Both the position numbers and the translations under genes were made by a program. The notes beneath the pieces were generated by a model, which had not been told where the DNA came from, searched no databases, and was given only the letters and a program-made list of their open reading frames with translations. Below are positions 20,730 through 31,555 of a DNA stretch of 64,000 bases, in pieces; the stretch's first letter is position 1; each line of letters starts with the position of its first letter. This stretch comes from Lysobacterales bacterium. GTDB taxonomy: Bacteria; Pseudomonadota; Gammaproteobacteria; Xanthomonadales; SZUA-36. The stretch spans positions 17,294 to 81,293 of the forward strand of contig JAOZKI010000002.1 of the NCBI GenBank assembly GCA_029935455.1. The letters run 5' to 3'.

Positions 20730-22736
20730 TTAAGAGTCCTCGCAAGCGGCTTCCGGCGTGAGCCTCAGGTTACCCCAGCTATCCACAGTGGCTAGCCAGC
20801 CGCTGGCAACCCACACGGTGGCGGCACTATCCAAGACCAGTGCCGGACCCAGAACGCTCTGCTCAGGCGCAAGCGCCTGACGTGAAAACACTGGCACCGC
20901 CTCCCGCAACTGCGGCACATGGACTTCCTGCGGCGCGCCCGCCGCTTCCGGCTGGTGTCTTTCCAGCCGGGTCAGCGGCGCTGGCGACCGCGAGGACACC
21001 CGCAGATTTACCAGCTCTATCTCACGCGCAAGCCGATGCCCGGTAGCCTGCTCATGGGCCTGATGGAAAGCTTCTGCGATACCCGCCAGCGCTTCAGCCG
21101 GCAAAACCAGGGTGGCACTCTGGCCGACGTAGCGCAGTTCTAACGCACGTCGATGCGTGACCCGCTTGGGCTCGATACCTTCCGCGCCCAGTTCACCCAG
21201 CGACTCCTGCTCCAAAGTGCGAAATTCGCGTTCCAGCAGACCGTCATCAAGCTCTGGGAGTGTCCGCAGTATCGCGCGCACGCGCTCACGACCCGGTTGC
21301 GACGCGAGCATGCCGTGGGCCGAGAGAACACCCGCCAGCGCCGGCAGTACGATGCGCTGCATACCCATTAATTCGGCCAGCTCACAGGCGTGCAAACCAC
21401 CGGCACCCCCAAAGCAGACCAGATCATAGGCGCGCGGATCGTGTCCACGCTCCACCGACATAACCCTCAGGGCGCGTGCCATATGCTCATTGGCGACCCG
21501 CAGGACGCCCTCGGCCGCCTGCATCGCGTTCATGCCTAATTGCTCACCCAGGCGCGTCATGGCCGCCAGTGCCGCTGACTGATCCAGTGGCATGTAGCCG
21601 CCCAGAAGCGTGTCGGCTGGCAGCCGGCCAAGTACCAGATTGGCATCCGTCACGGTCACCGCCTCACCGCCACGTCCGTAACAGGCAGGCCCCGGGTCAG
21701 CGCCCGCAGACTCGGGTCCGACCAGTAACATGCCTCCCTCATCGACACGCGCTATGGAGCCGCCACCGGCCCCAATGGTATGGATGTCTACGCTGCTGAC
21801 GGTCAGCGGCCAGCCGGCAATGTGAGAATCCTGGGTGAGCGGAATGGAACCATTCAGCAGGGCCACATCCGTGGAAGTGCCACCCATATCCAGTGTCAGC
21901 ATACGCGCACGGCCGGTGACCTCCGCCAGCAACTGGGCGGCAGCGATGCCGCCAGCCGGCCCCGACAGCAACAGCGAAACCCCATGCCTGGCTGCCTGCG
22001 CCGCAGCGACGGTTGTGCCCGCGCTGCGCAGCACGGAAATGGCAGCTTCCGGCAGCGCGTCCTGCAAGCGCCGCAGGTAGCGCGACATCACGGGACCCAC
22101 CGATGCATTCAGCCAGGTCGCGATACCGCGCTCATACTCACGAATCTCTGGCAGCACCTCACTGGCCAGACTGACAAACAGCGATTCCGGTAGCACGCGG
22201 GCCAATCGCTGTTCCTCCTCGGGACAGAGCCAGGCATAGAGCAGGTTCACCGCCACCGCATCCACCTCAAGAGCGCTGATACTCGCTGCCAGCTGCGCGA
22301 GCTCCGCATCGCTGGCGCACGCCAGCAAGCTGCCGTCATGCGCCGCGCGCGTGCTGATCTCAAGACAGTGCCGCGCCGCCACCGGCGCCGGACGAGCGGG
22401 CTGCTCAAGCGCATAGACCTCACTACGTTGCTGTCGCCCTAGCGCCAGCACATCGGCAAAACCGCGACTGGTGACATAGGCCACCTGCGCGCCCTTGCCC
22501 TCCAGCACCGCGTTGGTGGCCACCGTCGTGCCGTGCACCATCAACAGGTCATGACCCCTGACGCCCAACTGCTCCATGCCCTGCACAATCGCCTCTGAAG
22601 GGTCATGTGGCGTTGACAGCACCTTGCAGTGACGTAAGCGGTCGCCCCGCCAGAGAACCAGATCGGTAAAAGTGCCGCCCGTGTCCACGCCGACCAGAAC
22701 GGGCGCCGTTTGCCGCTTGTCAGGAACTGAACTCAT
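20730..22736 (-). CDS. Hydantoinase/oxoprolinase family protein (HyuA-like, orphan)
   Basis: About 668 aa. It has the N-terminal actin-fold ATPase motif VGVDTGGTFTDLV and a second DMGGTSTDV motif. Start re-picked at ATG 22736 because the track starts at a TTG. Confidence 0.8.
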   Translation of the reverse strand: MSSVPDKRQTAPVLVGVDTGGTFTDLVLWRGDRLRHCKVLSTPHDPSEAIVQGMEQLGVRGHDLLMVHGTTVATNAVLEGKGAQVAYVTSRGFADVLALGRQQRSEVYALEQPARPAPVAARHCLEISTRAAHDGSLLACASDAELAQLAASISALEVDAVAVNLLYAWLCPEEEQRLARVLPESLFVSLASEVLPEIREYERGIATWLNASVGPVMSRYLRRLQDALPEAAISVLRSAGTTVAAAQAARHGVSLLLSGPAGGIAAAQLLAEVTGRARMLTLDMGGTSTDVALLNGSIPLTQDSHIAGWPLTVSSVDIHTIGAGGGSIARVDEGGMLLVGPESAGADPGPACYGRGGEAVTVTDANLVLGRLPADTLLGGYMPLDQSAALAAMTRLGEQLGMNAMQAAEGVLRVANEHMARALRVMSVERGHDPRAYDLVCFGGAGGLHACELAELMGMQRIVLPALAGVLSAHGMLASQPGRERVRAILRTLPELDDGLLEREFRTLEQESLGELGAEGIEPKRVTHRRALELRYVGQSATLVLPAEALAGIAEAFHQAHEQATGHRLAREIELVNLRVSSRSPAPLTRLERHQPEAAGAPQEVHVPQLREAVPVFSRQALAPEQSVLGPALVLDSAATVWVASGWLATVDSWGNLRLTPEAACEDS

Positions 22737-22795
22737 GATGGGATTCCACTGGATCAAACGCTATTGTAGTGGCCCTATTGAAACAGGAAAGCGGC

Positions 22796-23608
22796 ATGCC
22801 CGAATTGCCTGAGGTTGAAACCACGCTGCGTGGAATTCAACCCTTTCTCGACCAGCAATCACTCACGGCCATCACCGTACGAGAGCGGCGTTTGCGCTGG
22901 CCCATACCCGCCACGGTTCATGAGCTGGCCGGAGCGCGTATCGTCGGACTGGAACGGCGGGCCAAATATATCCTGCTGCATACCGATGCGGATGGTGCGC
23001 TACTGATTCATCTGGGTATGTCGGGCTCGCTACGCGTGGTTACTGAGGACGAGCCAGCGCGCACGCACGACCACTTTGATCTGGTGACTGATGGCGCCAT
23101 GATCCGCTACAACGATCCGCGTCGCTTTGGCTGCCTGCTGTGGGCGCCGGCGCCGGTCAACGCGCATCCGCTGCTGGCAACGCTGGGACCAGAGCCCCTC
23201 GGTCCGGACTTTAATGGCGCTCTGCTCTACGCGCGCTCCCGGGGGCGGCGCCAGGCGGTAAAGAACTTCTTGATGGACGGGAAAATCGTCGTGGGCGTAG
23301 GCAATATCTATGCCTCGGAGTCCTTGTTTATGGCCGGCATTCATCCTGGCCGGCCGGCGGGTCGTATCTCCGCACAGCGCTATGCAGGGCTGGCCAGGGC
23401 GGTGCAGGACGTGCTCGGGCGCTCCATCCGCCAGGGCGGAACCACGCTACGCGATTACGTGAACAGCGACGGTAACCCGGGCTATTTTGCGCTGGATCTG
23501 ATGGTCTATGGACGCGCGGGAAAGCCTTGCCTGCAGTGCTCAGAACCGGTGCGCCAGCGCGTGATTGGACAACGCTCGAGCTTCTACTGCCCGCGCTGCC
23601 AGCGCTGA
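22796..23608 (+). CDS. mutM: Formamidopyrimidine-DNA glycosylase
   Basis: The start must give MPELPEVET (catalytic N-terminal Pro) and is preceded by AGGAAA. The C-terminal zinc finger is CLQC...CPRC. Confidence 0.93.
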   Translation: MPELPEVETTLRGIQPFLDQQSLTAITVRERRLRWPIPATVHELAGARIVGLERRAKYILLHTDADGALLIHLGMSGSLRVVTEDEPARTHDHFDLVTDGAMIRYNDPRRFGCLLWAPAPVNAHPLLATLGPEPLGPDFNGALLYARSRGRRQAVKNFLMDGKIVVGVGNIYASESLFMAGIHPGRPAGRISAQRYAGLARAVQDVLGRSIRQGGTTLRDYVNSDGNPGYFALDLMVYGRAGKPCLQCSEPVRQRVIGQRSSFYCPRCQR

Positions 23609-23609
23609 A

Positions 23610-23816
23610 TCAGCCGCCGGTTTCCTGCTCGATCTGCTTCTGCCTGCGGGCAGCGGCTTCCCGCTGTTGGCGCTCCACCGCTTCGGCCCGCTCCAGCGCC
23701 TGCAGCTGAGGTGCTATCACGGTCTCCTCAACGGGCCTGGGTGCTGGCTCCGGCAGCCAGCGCCAAAGCAACAGCAAGATCAGCAGCATACCCAGCAACC
23801 AGCGCATCAGGCCCAC
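23610..23816 (-). CDS. Small membrane-anchored protein, hypothetical
   Basis: 68 aa with one hydrophobic helix (WLLGMLLILLLLWRW) and an E/R/Q-rich tail. It starts 16 nt downstream of tdk. The coding call is weak. Confidence 0.4.
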   Translation of the reverse strand: MGLMRWLLGMLLILLLLWRWLPEPAPRPVEETVIAPQLQALERAEAVERQQREAAARRQKQIEQETGG

Positions 23817-23832
23817 GCCCTAAAGACCAGAA

Positions 23833-24477
23833 TCACAGCAGTATCTCCGGCTCCGGCGGGTCTTCCGCCTCGGGCGGCTCGATGAATTTGACCCGCTTGC
23901 CCCCGGCGAAAACCGCTTTGAATTCCTTGCGACTGACTGACACGTAGCGCTCATTTCCACCGATTTCCACCTGCGACCCTTCGCGCAGCGCATAACCATG
24001 TTCATCAACGCGTACCACCATGGTGGCCTTGCGTCCGGTATGGCAGATGGTTTTTAGTTCCTGCAACTCATCGGCCCAGGCCAGCAAGTGCTTGCTGCCG
24101 CTAAACAACTCACCCTGAAAGTCCGTACGCAGGCCGAAACACAGCACCGGAATATTGAGCTGATCCACCACTTCGGAGAGCTGATAGACCTGCTCACGGC
24201 TCAGGAACTGGCACTCATCCACCAGCACGCAGTGCACGGGATCCTGCTCCAGCTCGCTGTGCACCGCATGAAGTAGATCGGTCTCCGCAGTAAAAGCCTG
24301 GGCGTCCGCATGCAAGCCAATCCTCGAAGTAATGCGGCCGACCGCATAACGATCATCCAGCGTGGGACTGAAGAGCAAGGGACGCATGCCGCGCTCCCGA
24401 TAGTTCCAGGCCGACTGGAGTAGCAGCGTGGTCTTGCCGGCGTTCATCGCCGAATAGTAGAAATACAGCTTGGCCAT
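23833..24477 (-). CDS. tdk: Thymidine kinase
   Basis: Start re-picked at ATG 24477, giving [21 protein letters not shown] (P-loop). Confidence 0.9.
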   Translation of the reverse strand: MAKLYFYYSAMNAGKTTLLLQSAWNYRERGMRPLLFSPTLDDRYAVGRITSRIGLHADAQAFTAETDLLHAVHSELEQDPVHCVLVDECQFLSREQVYQLSEVVDQLNIPVLCFGLRTDFQGELFSGSKHLLAWADELQELKTICHTGRKATMVVRVDEHGYALREGSQVEIGGNERYVSVSRKEFKAVFAGGKRVKFIEPPEAEDPPEPEILL

Positions 24478-24479
24478 AC

Positions 24480-25412
24480 TCAGCTCTTCTCCGCCACGGG
24501 ATCCGGTGCCAGCAGCACCAGATGAGCAACCTGCCACAGACGCCACTGGGGTCCGTAACGCGCCAGCGCGTCCGTGGCATGCTCAGCATAGCGCGCAAAC
24601 ATCTGTTCCGGATCCGACTCGCGACCCGCCGGCAGCAGTTCCAGCACCCGCCGGCGCCGCGCCTGATCCCAGACCATGTTGTAGGGCACAAAGGTCGCCT
24701 GCGCCTGCGCCAGCATATCCAGCCCCCGGCGCGGCACAGGCAGAAGCTTGCCCAGCACCGGCAAGCGGTCCGGGACCTCGGCGCCCAACGGCGAGTCAGC
24801 GACCATGATCACGCCCACATGGGCCTGGTTCATGGAATCCCGCAGCTTGAGCCCCGCCCCGCCGACGCGAATTGCCTGGCCCTTACAGACCCGAACCATG
24901 TAGTAGAGCCGCAGCTTCATGTAGGAGTACAGCACCGGCGTGGGCCCGAGATGACCGCGGTCCAGCTCGCCCCGATAAATCAGCCGGGGTGCAAATCCGG
25001 CCGCGGCGAGCACGCGCATCAGCAGCGTTCCTACGCCCAGATGCGTACCCAGAAAAACCGCACCTTGTGTCGGCTCTGGCCAATCGCCGTGCACCGACAC
25101 CAGCCGCTCACGAATGCGCCGGTCACTGCTGAACAGACCATGCCAGAGGTCCACTGCATCCAGCAGATGCATGAGCCGATACTGACGTTTCCAGTCCGCC
25201 TCTGACATTTGCACACCGAATTCAAGGGCATTGGCCCAGGCGGCACGAGTCAGACCACGAAAAAACAGATTGCTTCCAGCCAGGTGGAACTGCAGCCGTT
25301 CGGCCCAGCGCACGGGCAGCAAGAAACACAGCAGCGGCAGCAAAAAATAAATCAACAGATCGCGCAGCTGGCGCAAGCACCAGGCCGGCAGCCATAGCAG
25401 CCGCTCCATCAC
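24480..25412 (-). CDS. Membrane-associated protein, divergent LpxL/HtrB-like acyltransferase (tentative)
   Basis: 310 aa with an N-terminal hydrophobic anchor. The layout ...FLGTHLGVG... then ...VIMVADSP... resembles lipid A late acyltransferases, but the acidic residue of the HxxxxE/D motif is not evident. Confidence 0.5.
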   Translation of the reverse strand: MMERLLWLPAWCLRQLRDLLIYFLLPLLCFLLPVRWAERLQFHLAGSNLFFRGLTRAAWANALEFGVQMSEADWKRQYRLMHLLDAVDLWHGLFSSDRRIRERLVSVHGDWPEPTQGAVFLGTHLGVGTLLMRVLAAAGFAPRLIYRGELDRGHLGPTPVLYSYMKLRLYYMVRVCKGQAIRVGGAGLKLRDSMNQAHVGVIMVADSPLGAEVPDRLPVLGKLLPVPRRGLDMLAQAQATFVPYNMVWDQARRRRVLELLPAGRESDPEQMFARYAEHATDALARYGPQWRLWQVAHLVLLAPDPVAEKS

Positions 25413-26287
25413 ACCCGCCGCCCTTCCAGCAACACCCAGCCCTTGCGCTGCGCAGCGATGTGAACGACCAGACCTTCGGCCGCGAAGGCGTCAATGAGAT
25501 CGGCGGCCTGCTCCTGCAGCACACCAGTCATGATCAGCCGTGCAGCAGGGCGCAAGGATGCCACCAGCTGCGGCGCCAGACGTGTGAGTATGGGGGCCAG
25601 GATATTGGCAATGACGAGATCCGCGCTCAGACCAGCTGGCGTGTCGCCGGCGCGGGCTTCAATGCGATCACTGAGTTCATTGCGCTCGGCGTTGGTGCGC
25701 GTAGCGGTGACCGCCTGGGGATCGTAGTCAATGGCCAGCACGCTGCGCGCGCCCTGCAGGGCCGCAGCGATGGCCAGAATGCCGGAACCACAGCCAAAAT
25801 CGATCACCTCTTGGCCCTTGAGATCCTGCCCGTCGAGCCAGGCCAGGCACAGGTGCGTGGTGGCATGGGTGCCAGTCCCAAAAGCCAGACCCGGATCCAG
25901 CCGGATCAGGGTCGCGTCCGGGTCCGGTGGTTCGTGGCCGGTCGGCACGATCCACAGCTGCTCACCAAAGCGCATGGGCGCGAAACGGTCCATCCAGGCT
26001 CGCTCCCAGACCTGTTCCTCAAGCTCGGTAAGCTCGGGCACCTCGACCAGCGGCATCAACATCAAGGTCTGGCGCAGCGCCACCCGGTCTGCATCCAGGG
26101 GGAAAAGACCGGTCACCCGAATCGCATCCCACAGCGGTGTTTCGCCCACCGGCGGTTCCCACAGGGGTGTGTCACCATGGTCGGTCAGGGTCACGGCCAA
26201 AGCGCCCTGGCCCAGCAAAAGGGATTCGGCCAGTTCCGCGTGGACGCGCTCCACCCGGACACTGACCTCAAGATACTGCGGCTTCAC
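25409..26287 (-). CDS. prmA: Ribosomal protein L11 methyltransferase
   Basis: 292 aa with the SAM motif [15 protein letters not shown]. It sits downstream of accC, as in many gammaproteobacteria. Confidence 0.9.
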   Translation of the reverse strand: MKPQYLEVSVRVERVHAELAESLLLGQGALAVTLTDHGDTPLWEPPVGETPLWDAIRVTGLFPLDADRVALRQTLMLMPLVEVPELTELEEQVWERAWMDRFAPMRFGEQLWIVPTGHEPPDPDATLIRLDPGLAFGTGTHATTHLCLAWLDGQDLKGQEVIDFGCGSGILAIAAALQGARSVLAIDYDPQAVTATRTNAERNELSDRIEARAGDTPAGLSADLVIANILAPILTRLAPQLVASLRPAARLIMTGVLQEQAADLIDAFAAEGLVVHIAAQRKGWVLLEGRRV

Positions 26288-27648
26288 CGCTCGGGGCCGG
26301 CGCCGTCCTGCAGGCGCTTCTCCAGATAGTGGATATTGAACCCACCCTCGAGAAACCCTTCATCCTTCAGCAACCACTGATGTAGCGGGATATTTGATTT
26401 GATGCCGCCGAGCACCATTTCGTCCAGAGCGACGCGCATGCGCGCCACGGCCATATCCCGATCATGCCCGTGGGCGATCACCTTGGCGATCATGGAATCA
26501 TAATTGGGTGGCACGCGGTAGCCGTCATAGATATGGGAATCGACACGAATACCGGGGCCGCCAGGCGTATGAAAACCCTCGATGGTGCCGGGACTGGGCA
26601 TGAAATTGTGCGGGTCCTCAGCGTTTATTCGACACTCTATCGCATGCCCGCGCACCTGGATGTCTTCCTGCCGATAGCTCAGAGGCTCGCCGGCTGCGAC
26701 CAGGATCTGCTCTCGAATGAGGTCCACGCCGGTGATGCGCTCGGTAACCGGATGCTCCACCTGGATGCGCGTGTTCATTTCGATGAAGTAGAAGCGGCCG
26801 TCGTCATAGAGAAACTCGAAGGTGCCGGCCCCGCGATAGCCAATCCGCTTGCAGGCCTCCACACAGACGGCGCCGATCTCCGCGCGCTGTTCGGGTGTGA
26901 TGCCCGGTGCCGGCGCCTCTTCAATCACCTTCTGATGCCGGCGCTGGGTGGAGCAATCCCGCTCACCGAGATGAATCGCGTTGCCATGCTGGTCAGCCAT
27001 GACCTGAATTTCAATATGCCGAGGATTCTGCAGGTACTTCTCCATGTAGACCGTATCGTCACCGAAAGCCGCAGCGGCCTCCTGACGCGTCAACTGCAAC
27101 GCCGTCTCCAGCTCCTCCTCAGCATGAACCACACGCATGCCACGACCACCGCCGCCAGCAGCGGCCTTGATAATCACAGGGTAACCAATGTCCCGCGCGA
27201 CGGCCGCAACAAGCTCCGGCTCATCACCGAGCGGGCCACCAGAACCCGGTACGCAGGGCACTCCCGCCTCTTTCATGGCGGCAATGGCCGACACCTTGTC
27301 GCCCATGAGGCGAATGGTCTCCGGTTTTGGTCCGATGAAAATAAAGCCACTCTCTTCCACGCGCTCAGCAAAGTCGGCGTTCTCAGCGAGAAAGCCGTAG
27401 CCCGGATGGACCGCAACCGCATCCGTGACTTCGGTGGCAGCGATGATGGCAGGCACATTGAGATAGCTTTCCGCAGCCGGCGCCGGGCCGATACACACGG
27501 ACTCGTCAGCCAGCGCCACATGCTTGAGGTTACGGTCCACGGTGGAATGCACGGCAACCGTCTTAATCCCCAGGGCCTGGCAGGCACGATGGATGCGCAG
27601 GGCGATCTCGCCGCGATTGGCGATAACGATTTTGTCCATAATGGCCAT
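26284..27648 (-). CDS. accC: Acetyl-CoA carboxylase biotin carboxylase subunit
   Basis: N-terminus ...[20 protein letters not shown] with the ATP-grasp region. The start is ATG 27648 or ATG 27639. Confidence 0.95.
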   Translation of the reverse strand: MAIMDKIVIANRGEIALRIHRACQALGIKTVAVHSTVDRNLKHVALADESVCIGPAPAAESYLNVPAIIAATEVTDAVAVHPGYGFLAENADFAERVEESGFIFIGPKPETIRLMGDKVSAIAAMKEAGVPCVPGSGGPLGDEPELVAAVARDIGYPVIIKAAAGGGGRGMRVVHAEEELETALQLTRQEAAAAFGDDTVYMEKYLQNPRHIEIQVMADQHGNAIHLGERDCSTQRRHQKVIEEAPAPGITPEQRAEIGAVCVEACKRIGYRGAGTFEFLYDDGRFYFIEMNTRIQVEHPVTERITGVDLIREQILVAAGEPLSYRQEDIQVRGHAIECRINAEDPHNFMPSPGTIEGFHTPGGPGIRVDSHIYDGYRVPPNYDSMIAKVIAHGHDRDMAVARMRVALDEMVLGGIKSNIPLHQWLLKDEGFLEGGFNIHYLEKRLQDGAGPER

Positions 27649-27659
27649 GGCCAGACCGC

Positions 27660-28130
27660 TCAGCGAACCACGAACAGCGGCTGGTCAAACTCCACCGGTT
27701 GGCCGTTTTCAGCCAACACGGCGACCACCGTGCCCGAAAAGTCCGATTCAATCTGGTTGAACATCTTCATGGCTTCGATGATGCACAACGTGTCACCAAC
27801 AGCCACGGCCTGACCCAGGGAAACAAAGGCTTCGGCCTCGGGGCTGGAAGCGGAATAGAAGGTACCGACCATGGGCGCACGCACAATCTGGCCCTCGGGC
27901 ACCTCGGCTTCCGCCGCCGGTGCGGCGTCTGCAACGGGAGCCGCTGGCGCGGGTGCCACTGCTGCCGGAGCCGCCACGGGAGCGGCCACAGCGGCCGGTG
28001 CAGCAACCACTGCGGGCGCGCCCAGCTGGCGGGTGATGCGCAGCGATTCCTCGCCTTCTACGATCTCGATTTCCGAGAGGCTGGATTCTTCCAGCAGCTC
28101 GATCAGTTTTTTAATTTTGCGAATGTCCAT
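27660..28130 (-). CDS. accB: Biotin carboxyl carrier protein
   Basis: 156 aa with an Ala/Pro-rich linker and the biotinylation motif EAMKMFN. Confidence 0.93.
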   Translation of the reverse strand: MDIRKIKKLIELLEESSLSEIEIVEGEESLRITRQLGAPAVVAAPAAVAAPVAAPAAVAPAPAAPVADAAPAAEAEVPEGQIVRAPMVGTFYSASSPEAEAFVSLGQAVAVGDTLCIIEAMKMFNQIESDFSGTVVAVLAENGQPVEFDQPLFVVR

Positions 28131-28145
28131 GCCCAGTCACTCCGC

Positions 28146-28586
28146 TCAGGGTTCAAGCCGGTTGATGATTGCCTGCAGGGCCAGCAAATAGCCCTCGCCG
28201 CGAAATCCGCTGATCACGCCCTCGGCAATATCGGCAAAATACGTCACCTGCCGGAACGGTTCCCGTGCGGACACGGCCGACAGATGTACTTCAATAAAAG
28301 GAATCTTTACGGCCAGCAAGGCATCCCGCAGCGCAATACTGCTGTGCGTGTAGGCGGCCGGATTGAGGATGATGTAGTCGACCCCATCACGACCGGCCTG
28401 CTGAACCGCATCGACCAGTTCGCCTTCCGAGTTGCTCTGCAGGCTGTTAAGCGTCAGGCCGCAGGCCGCAGCCAGCTCAGCCAGATCCTGTTCGATCTCT
28501 GGCAGGCTCTGCTGGCCGTACTGCCCTGGCTCCCGCTCGCCGAGCAGGTTCAGGTTGGGGCCGTTGATTACCAGCACATGCGTCAT
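28146..28586 (-). CDS. aroQ: 3-dehydroquinate dehydratase, type II
   Basis: Start re-picked at ATG 28586, giving [20 protein letters not shown]. The motif [12 protein letters not shown] is present. Confidence 0.92.
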   Translation of the reverse strand: MTHVLVINGPNLNLLGEREPGQYGQQSLPEIEQDLAELAAACGLTLNSLQSNSEGELVDAVQQAGRDGVDYIILNPAAYTHSSIALRDALLAVKIPFIEVHLSAVSAREPFRQVTYFADIAEGVISGFRGEGYLLALQAIINRLEP

Positions 28587-28716
28587 AGGTCTGTTGATCG
28601 GTGACGAAGGGGCGCAGTCTGCACCAGACAAACTTCAATATCAACAATTCGCCACCGTATTGAAGACGATAGCAGCAGGATCGTTACCAAAACGTTAAAG
28701 CACGCCCCCGCTTGCG

Positions 28717-29259
28717 CTATAGCAGCGCCTGCAACTGGCGTCGCAACTCACCCTCTTTGAGCTCGCCCAGATAGGTCCAGCGCACCATACCCTGGCGATC
28801 GATCAACACCGAGTAGGGCAGCAGGCCCGCCTCGTTGCCATAGGCCACCCCCATGGCCATCACATCACCGGCACCGACCAGAATGGTATAGGCAATACCG
28901 AGCTGGTCCGCAAAGTCGCGCGCGCGCTGCACGTCGTCCACGGCAACACCGAGCACGCTCACGCCCTGGCTTTCAAACTCCTCGTGCACGGCTTGCAGCA
29001 TGGGCATCTCCTTGCGACAGGGTGTGCACCAGGTGGCCCAGAAGTTAATCAGCAGCACCTGACCGGAGAATTCGTCCAGGGACACGCGCCGACCCTCGGT
29101 GTCGCCGAGCGTGAAGGGCGGCGCGGGACGCCCCAGCAACGCCGCCGGACCAGTGCCCGCAGCCGTGGTGTTGGGGTCTGGCTGCAGCCAGCTGGAGACC
29201 AGCGCACCGGCACCCAGCGCGAGGCCCGCTACCAGCAGATACAACCAGGCCCGCGACAC
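28717..29259 (-). CDS. TlpA/ResA-like membrane-anchored thioredoxin
   Basis: 180 aa with an N-terminal anchor and the active site WATWCTPC. It starts 4 nt downstream of dsbD. Confidence 0.85.
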   Translation of the reverse strand: MSRAWLYLLVAGLALGAGALVSSWLQPDPNTTAAGTGPAALLGRPAPPFTLGDTEGRRVSLDEFSGQVLLINFWATWCTPCRKEMPMLQAVHEEFESQGVSVLGVAVDDVQRARDFADQLGIAYTILVGAGDVMAMGVAYGNEAGLLPYSVLIDRQGMVRWTYLGELKEGELRRQLQALL

Positions 29260-29262
29260 GGC

Positions 29263-31524
29263 TTACCAGGCCTCACGCACAGCGCGCAAATGGGCCGCGA
29301 AGGCCTCGGGCCCGAAGTAGCCAACCAGGCGGTAGGCCTCCCTTTCCTTACCCTCTCGGTCGAACATCAAAATGGCCGGCGGCCCGATGATGCGATAACG
29401 CGCCATCCGCGCCTGATCGATCTCATCGTTTTGCGTCACGTCAGCCTTTAAGGGCGTAAAGCGCGCCAATTCAGCCTGCACCGGATCGGTGGGGAACGTA
29501 TTGCGCTCCATGCGAATGCACTCAACGCACCAGTCCGCATAGAAATCCAGCATGGCCGGTTGACCGGCCGCATGGCCCCGCGCCACTGCCGCGTCAAGAT
29601 CCTCCAAGGATTTGATGCGCGCAAAAGCCACGGACGCCTTCGCAGCGCCCGCGCTCTGACCGCCACCACCGAAGTGGGCCAGCGGCCGCAGCCAGTAATC
29701 GCCACCGGAGGCCGCACCAACCAACTGCATGCCGCCAAAGATCAGCAAGGACACACCGAGCGCCTTCCACAGGCGCGACCAGCCACTGGCACCCTCAGCA
29801 ATACGCTCCAGCGCACCGAGGTAGACCGCGCAGCTAATGGCCAGCAGCCCCCACAGCACCATAATGACCGGGCCCGGGACAATACGCTCCAGCATCCAGA
29901 TACCGAGGCCCAACAGCCCGACCCCGAACACGGCCTTTACCGCATTCATCCACTGGCCCGCACGGGGCAGGAACTTACCGGCCGAGAGCCCAAACAGGAT
30001 CAAGGGCACGCCCATGCCCAGGGACATGGCGAACAGCGCCGCACCACCCAGCCCCGCGCTACCCGTCTCGCCGATGACGATCAGCGCCGCCGCCAGCGGT
30101 GGCGCCACACAGGGACCGACAATCAGGGCCGACAGGAAACCCATTACCGCAACGCCGCCCAGACGACCGCCCTGCTGGCGGTTGCTCTGCTCGGTCAAGG
30201 AGGTCTGCCAGCGGCTGGGTAGCTGCAGTTCGTAGAAACCAAACATGGACAGGGCCAGCAGTACAAAAATCAACACAAAGAAACTGATGATCCAGGGGTT
30301 CTGGAACATGGCCTGCAGGTTCTGGCCGAACAGGCCCGCAAGCACGCCGGCCGCCGTATAGGTCAGAGCCATGGCCAGCACGTAGACCAGCGACAGGGTC
30401 AGCGCCCGAGCGGTGGTGATGCGATCCCCTTCGCCGGCAATGATGCCTGAAAGAATCGGCACCATGGGGAACACGCAGGGCGTGAAGGCCAGCAGGATGC
30501 CGCCGATAAAGAAGGCCAGCAGAGCGCCAGCAGGGTTTTCAATGAGCAAAGCCGCCAGGCGCCCCTGCTCGGAAACCGGCACAGCCGGCGACGACGCGGT
30601 AGGGCGGATGGCAGCACCGGTCGCGCTGGCCGCCAACTCAAGCTCAAAGCGCTCCTGCTGGGGCGGATAACAGATATCACCATCGCGGCACCCCTGGAAA
30701 CGCGCTTCCAGCGTAATGGACGTGGCCGGGCCGGGAGCGCGGCGCAGGCGCACGGGAATCTCGGCCTGTGCGAACAGCACCGGCACCACACCAAATTCCG
30801 GATCATCCTTGAGCGTCCCTTCCGGCAGCTCCGCAGAAGCCACGCTAATGCCACTGCCATCGACCACCACAAACTCGAACTTGTCCAGATAGAGGTAGTA
30901 ACCAGGCTGCGGCGTGAAGCGCATAAGCACGGTACTGGCATCGGTCACCAGCGCTTCAGCGCTGAAAGCCTGTTCCGCTGGCAGGGCAGGCGCGCCGGAA
31001 GCCGGCGCGAGGGCGCCGCCACCGAGCAGCTCAGTCAATCCATCCAGCGGCGCTGCGTTTGCCGTAGCAGCCGCGGCTGGCAGGCTGACCGCTACCGTTT
31101 GCAGGCTGGGCGGGTAGCACAGCACCGATTCCAGACAGCCTTGCGAGCGCACTTGCAGGGTCACGCTTTCAACGTTTTCGGCCAGCTGCGTTAACGGCAC
31201 TCGGACCCGCACCTCATCGTGGTATTTCACCACGTCGGCGTTCAGCAGCTCATCGAACTCCCGCTTGCCTGCGGGCAACTCGGGCGTTCCCAGGGTCACG
31301 CCTTCCGTGGCGCTGCGGATGCGCAGGAAACGGTTGTTGTACAGGTAGTAGTTGTCGGCGATCTCCCAGCGCAACTCAATCTCATCGCGCGACAGGGCCT
31401 GCGCTGACAGCACAAACACCTCATCGTAAGAACGCACCTGATCCGGGCTAAGGCCCTGTGCCTGCGCAGCGCCCGTAAGTAGCAGCGCACAGCCAACCAG
31501 CCAGCCAAACATCTTCTTTTTCAT
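29263..31524 (-). CDS. dsbD: Thiol:disulfide interchange protein DsbD with duplicated N-terminal domain
   Basis: Start re-picked at ATG 31524 (MKKKMFGWLVGCALLLTGAAQA, preceded by AAGGTGG). It has two QGC-x5-CYPP nDsbD modules, membrane Cys motifs FTPCVFP and GPCVAPP, and a C-terminal thioredoxin WCVEC. Confidence 0.9.
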   Translation of the reverse strand: MKKKMFGWLVGCALLLTGAAQAQGLSPDQVRSYDEVFVLSAQALSRDEIELRWEIADNYYLYNNRFLRIRSATEGVTLGTPELPAGKREFDELLNADVVKYHDEVRVRVPLTQLAENVESVTLQVRSQGCLESVLCYPPSLQTVAVSLPAAAATANAAPLDGLTELLGGGALAPASGAPALPAEQAFSAEALVTDASTVLMRFTPQPGYYLYLDKFEFVVVDGSGISVASAELPEGTLKDDPEFGVVPVLFAQAEIPVRLRRAPGPATSITLEARFQGCRDGDICYPPQQERFELELAASATGAAIRPTASSPAVPVSEQGRLAALLIENPAGALLAFFIGGILLAFTPCVFPMVPILSGIIAGEGDRITTARALTLSLVYVLAMALTYTAAGVLAGLFGQNLQAMFQNPWIISFFVLIFVLLALSMFGFYELQLPSRWQTSLTEQSNRQQGGRLGGVAVMGFLSALIVGPCVAPPLAAALIVIGETGSAGLGGAALFAMSLGMGVPLILFGLSAGKFLPRAGQWMNAVKAVFGVGLLGLGIWMLERIVPGPVIMVLWGLLAISCAVYLGALERIAEGASGWSRLWKALGVSLLIFGGMQLVGAASGGDYWLRPLAHFGGGGQSAGAAKASVAFARIKSLEDLDAAVARGHAAGQPAMLDFYADWCVECIRMERNTFPTDPVQAELARFTPLKADVTQNDEIDQARMARYRIIGPPAILMFDREGKEREAYRLVGYFGPEAFAAHLRAVREAW

Positions 31525-31555
31525 CGCAAACCCACCACCTTGCGGCGGCACTCCC

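Noticed and set aside
26464-27813. 449-aa plus-strand ORF
   Set aside because: It is entirely antisense to accC/accB, whose products carry unmistakable motifs. Its Arg/Gly/His-rich composition is typical of spurious antisense frames in GC-rich DNA.
27871-28006. Repetitive GC-rich DNA (GCx-CCx periodicity)
   Set aside because: It encodes the Ala/Pro-rich flexible linker of AccB, a normal feature of BCCP.
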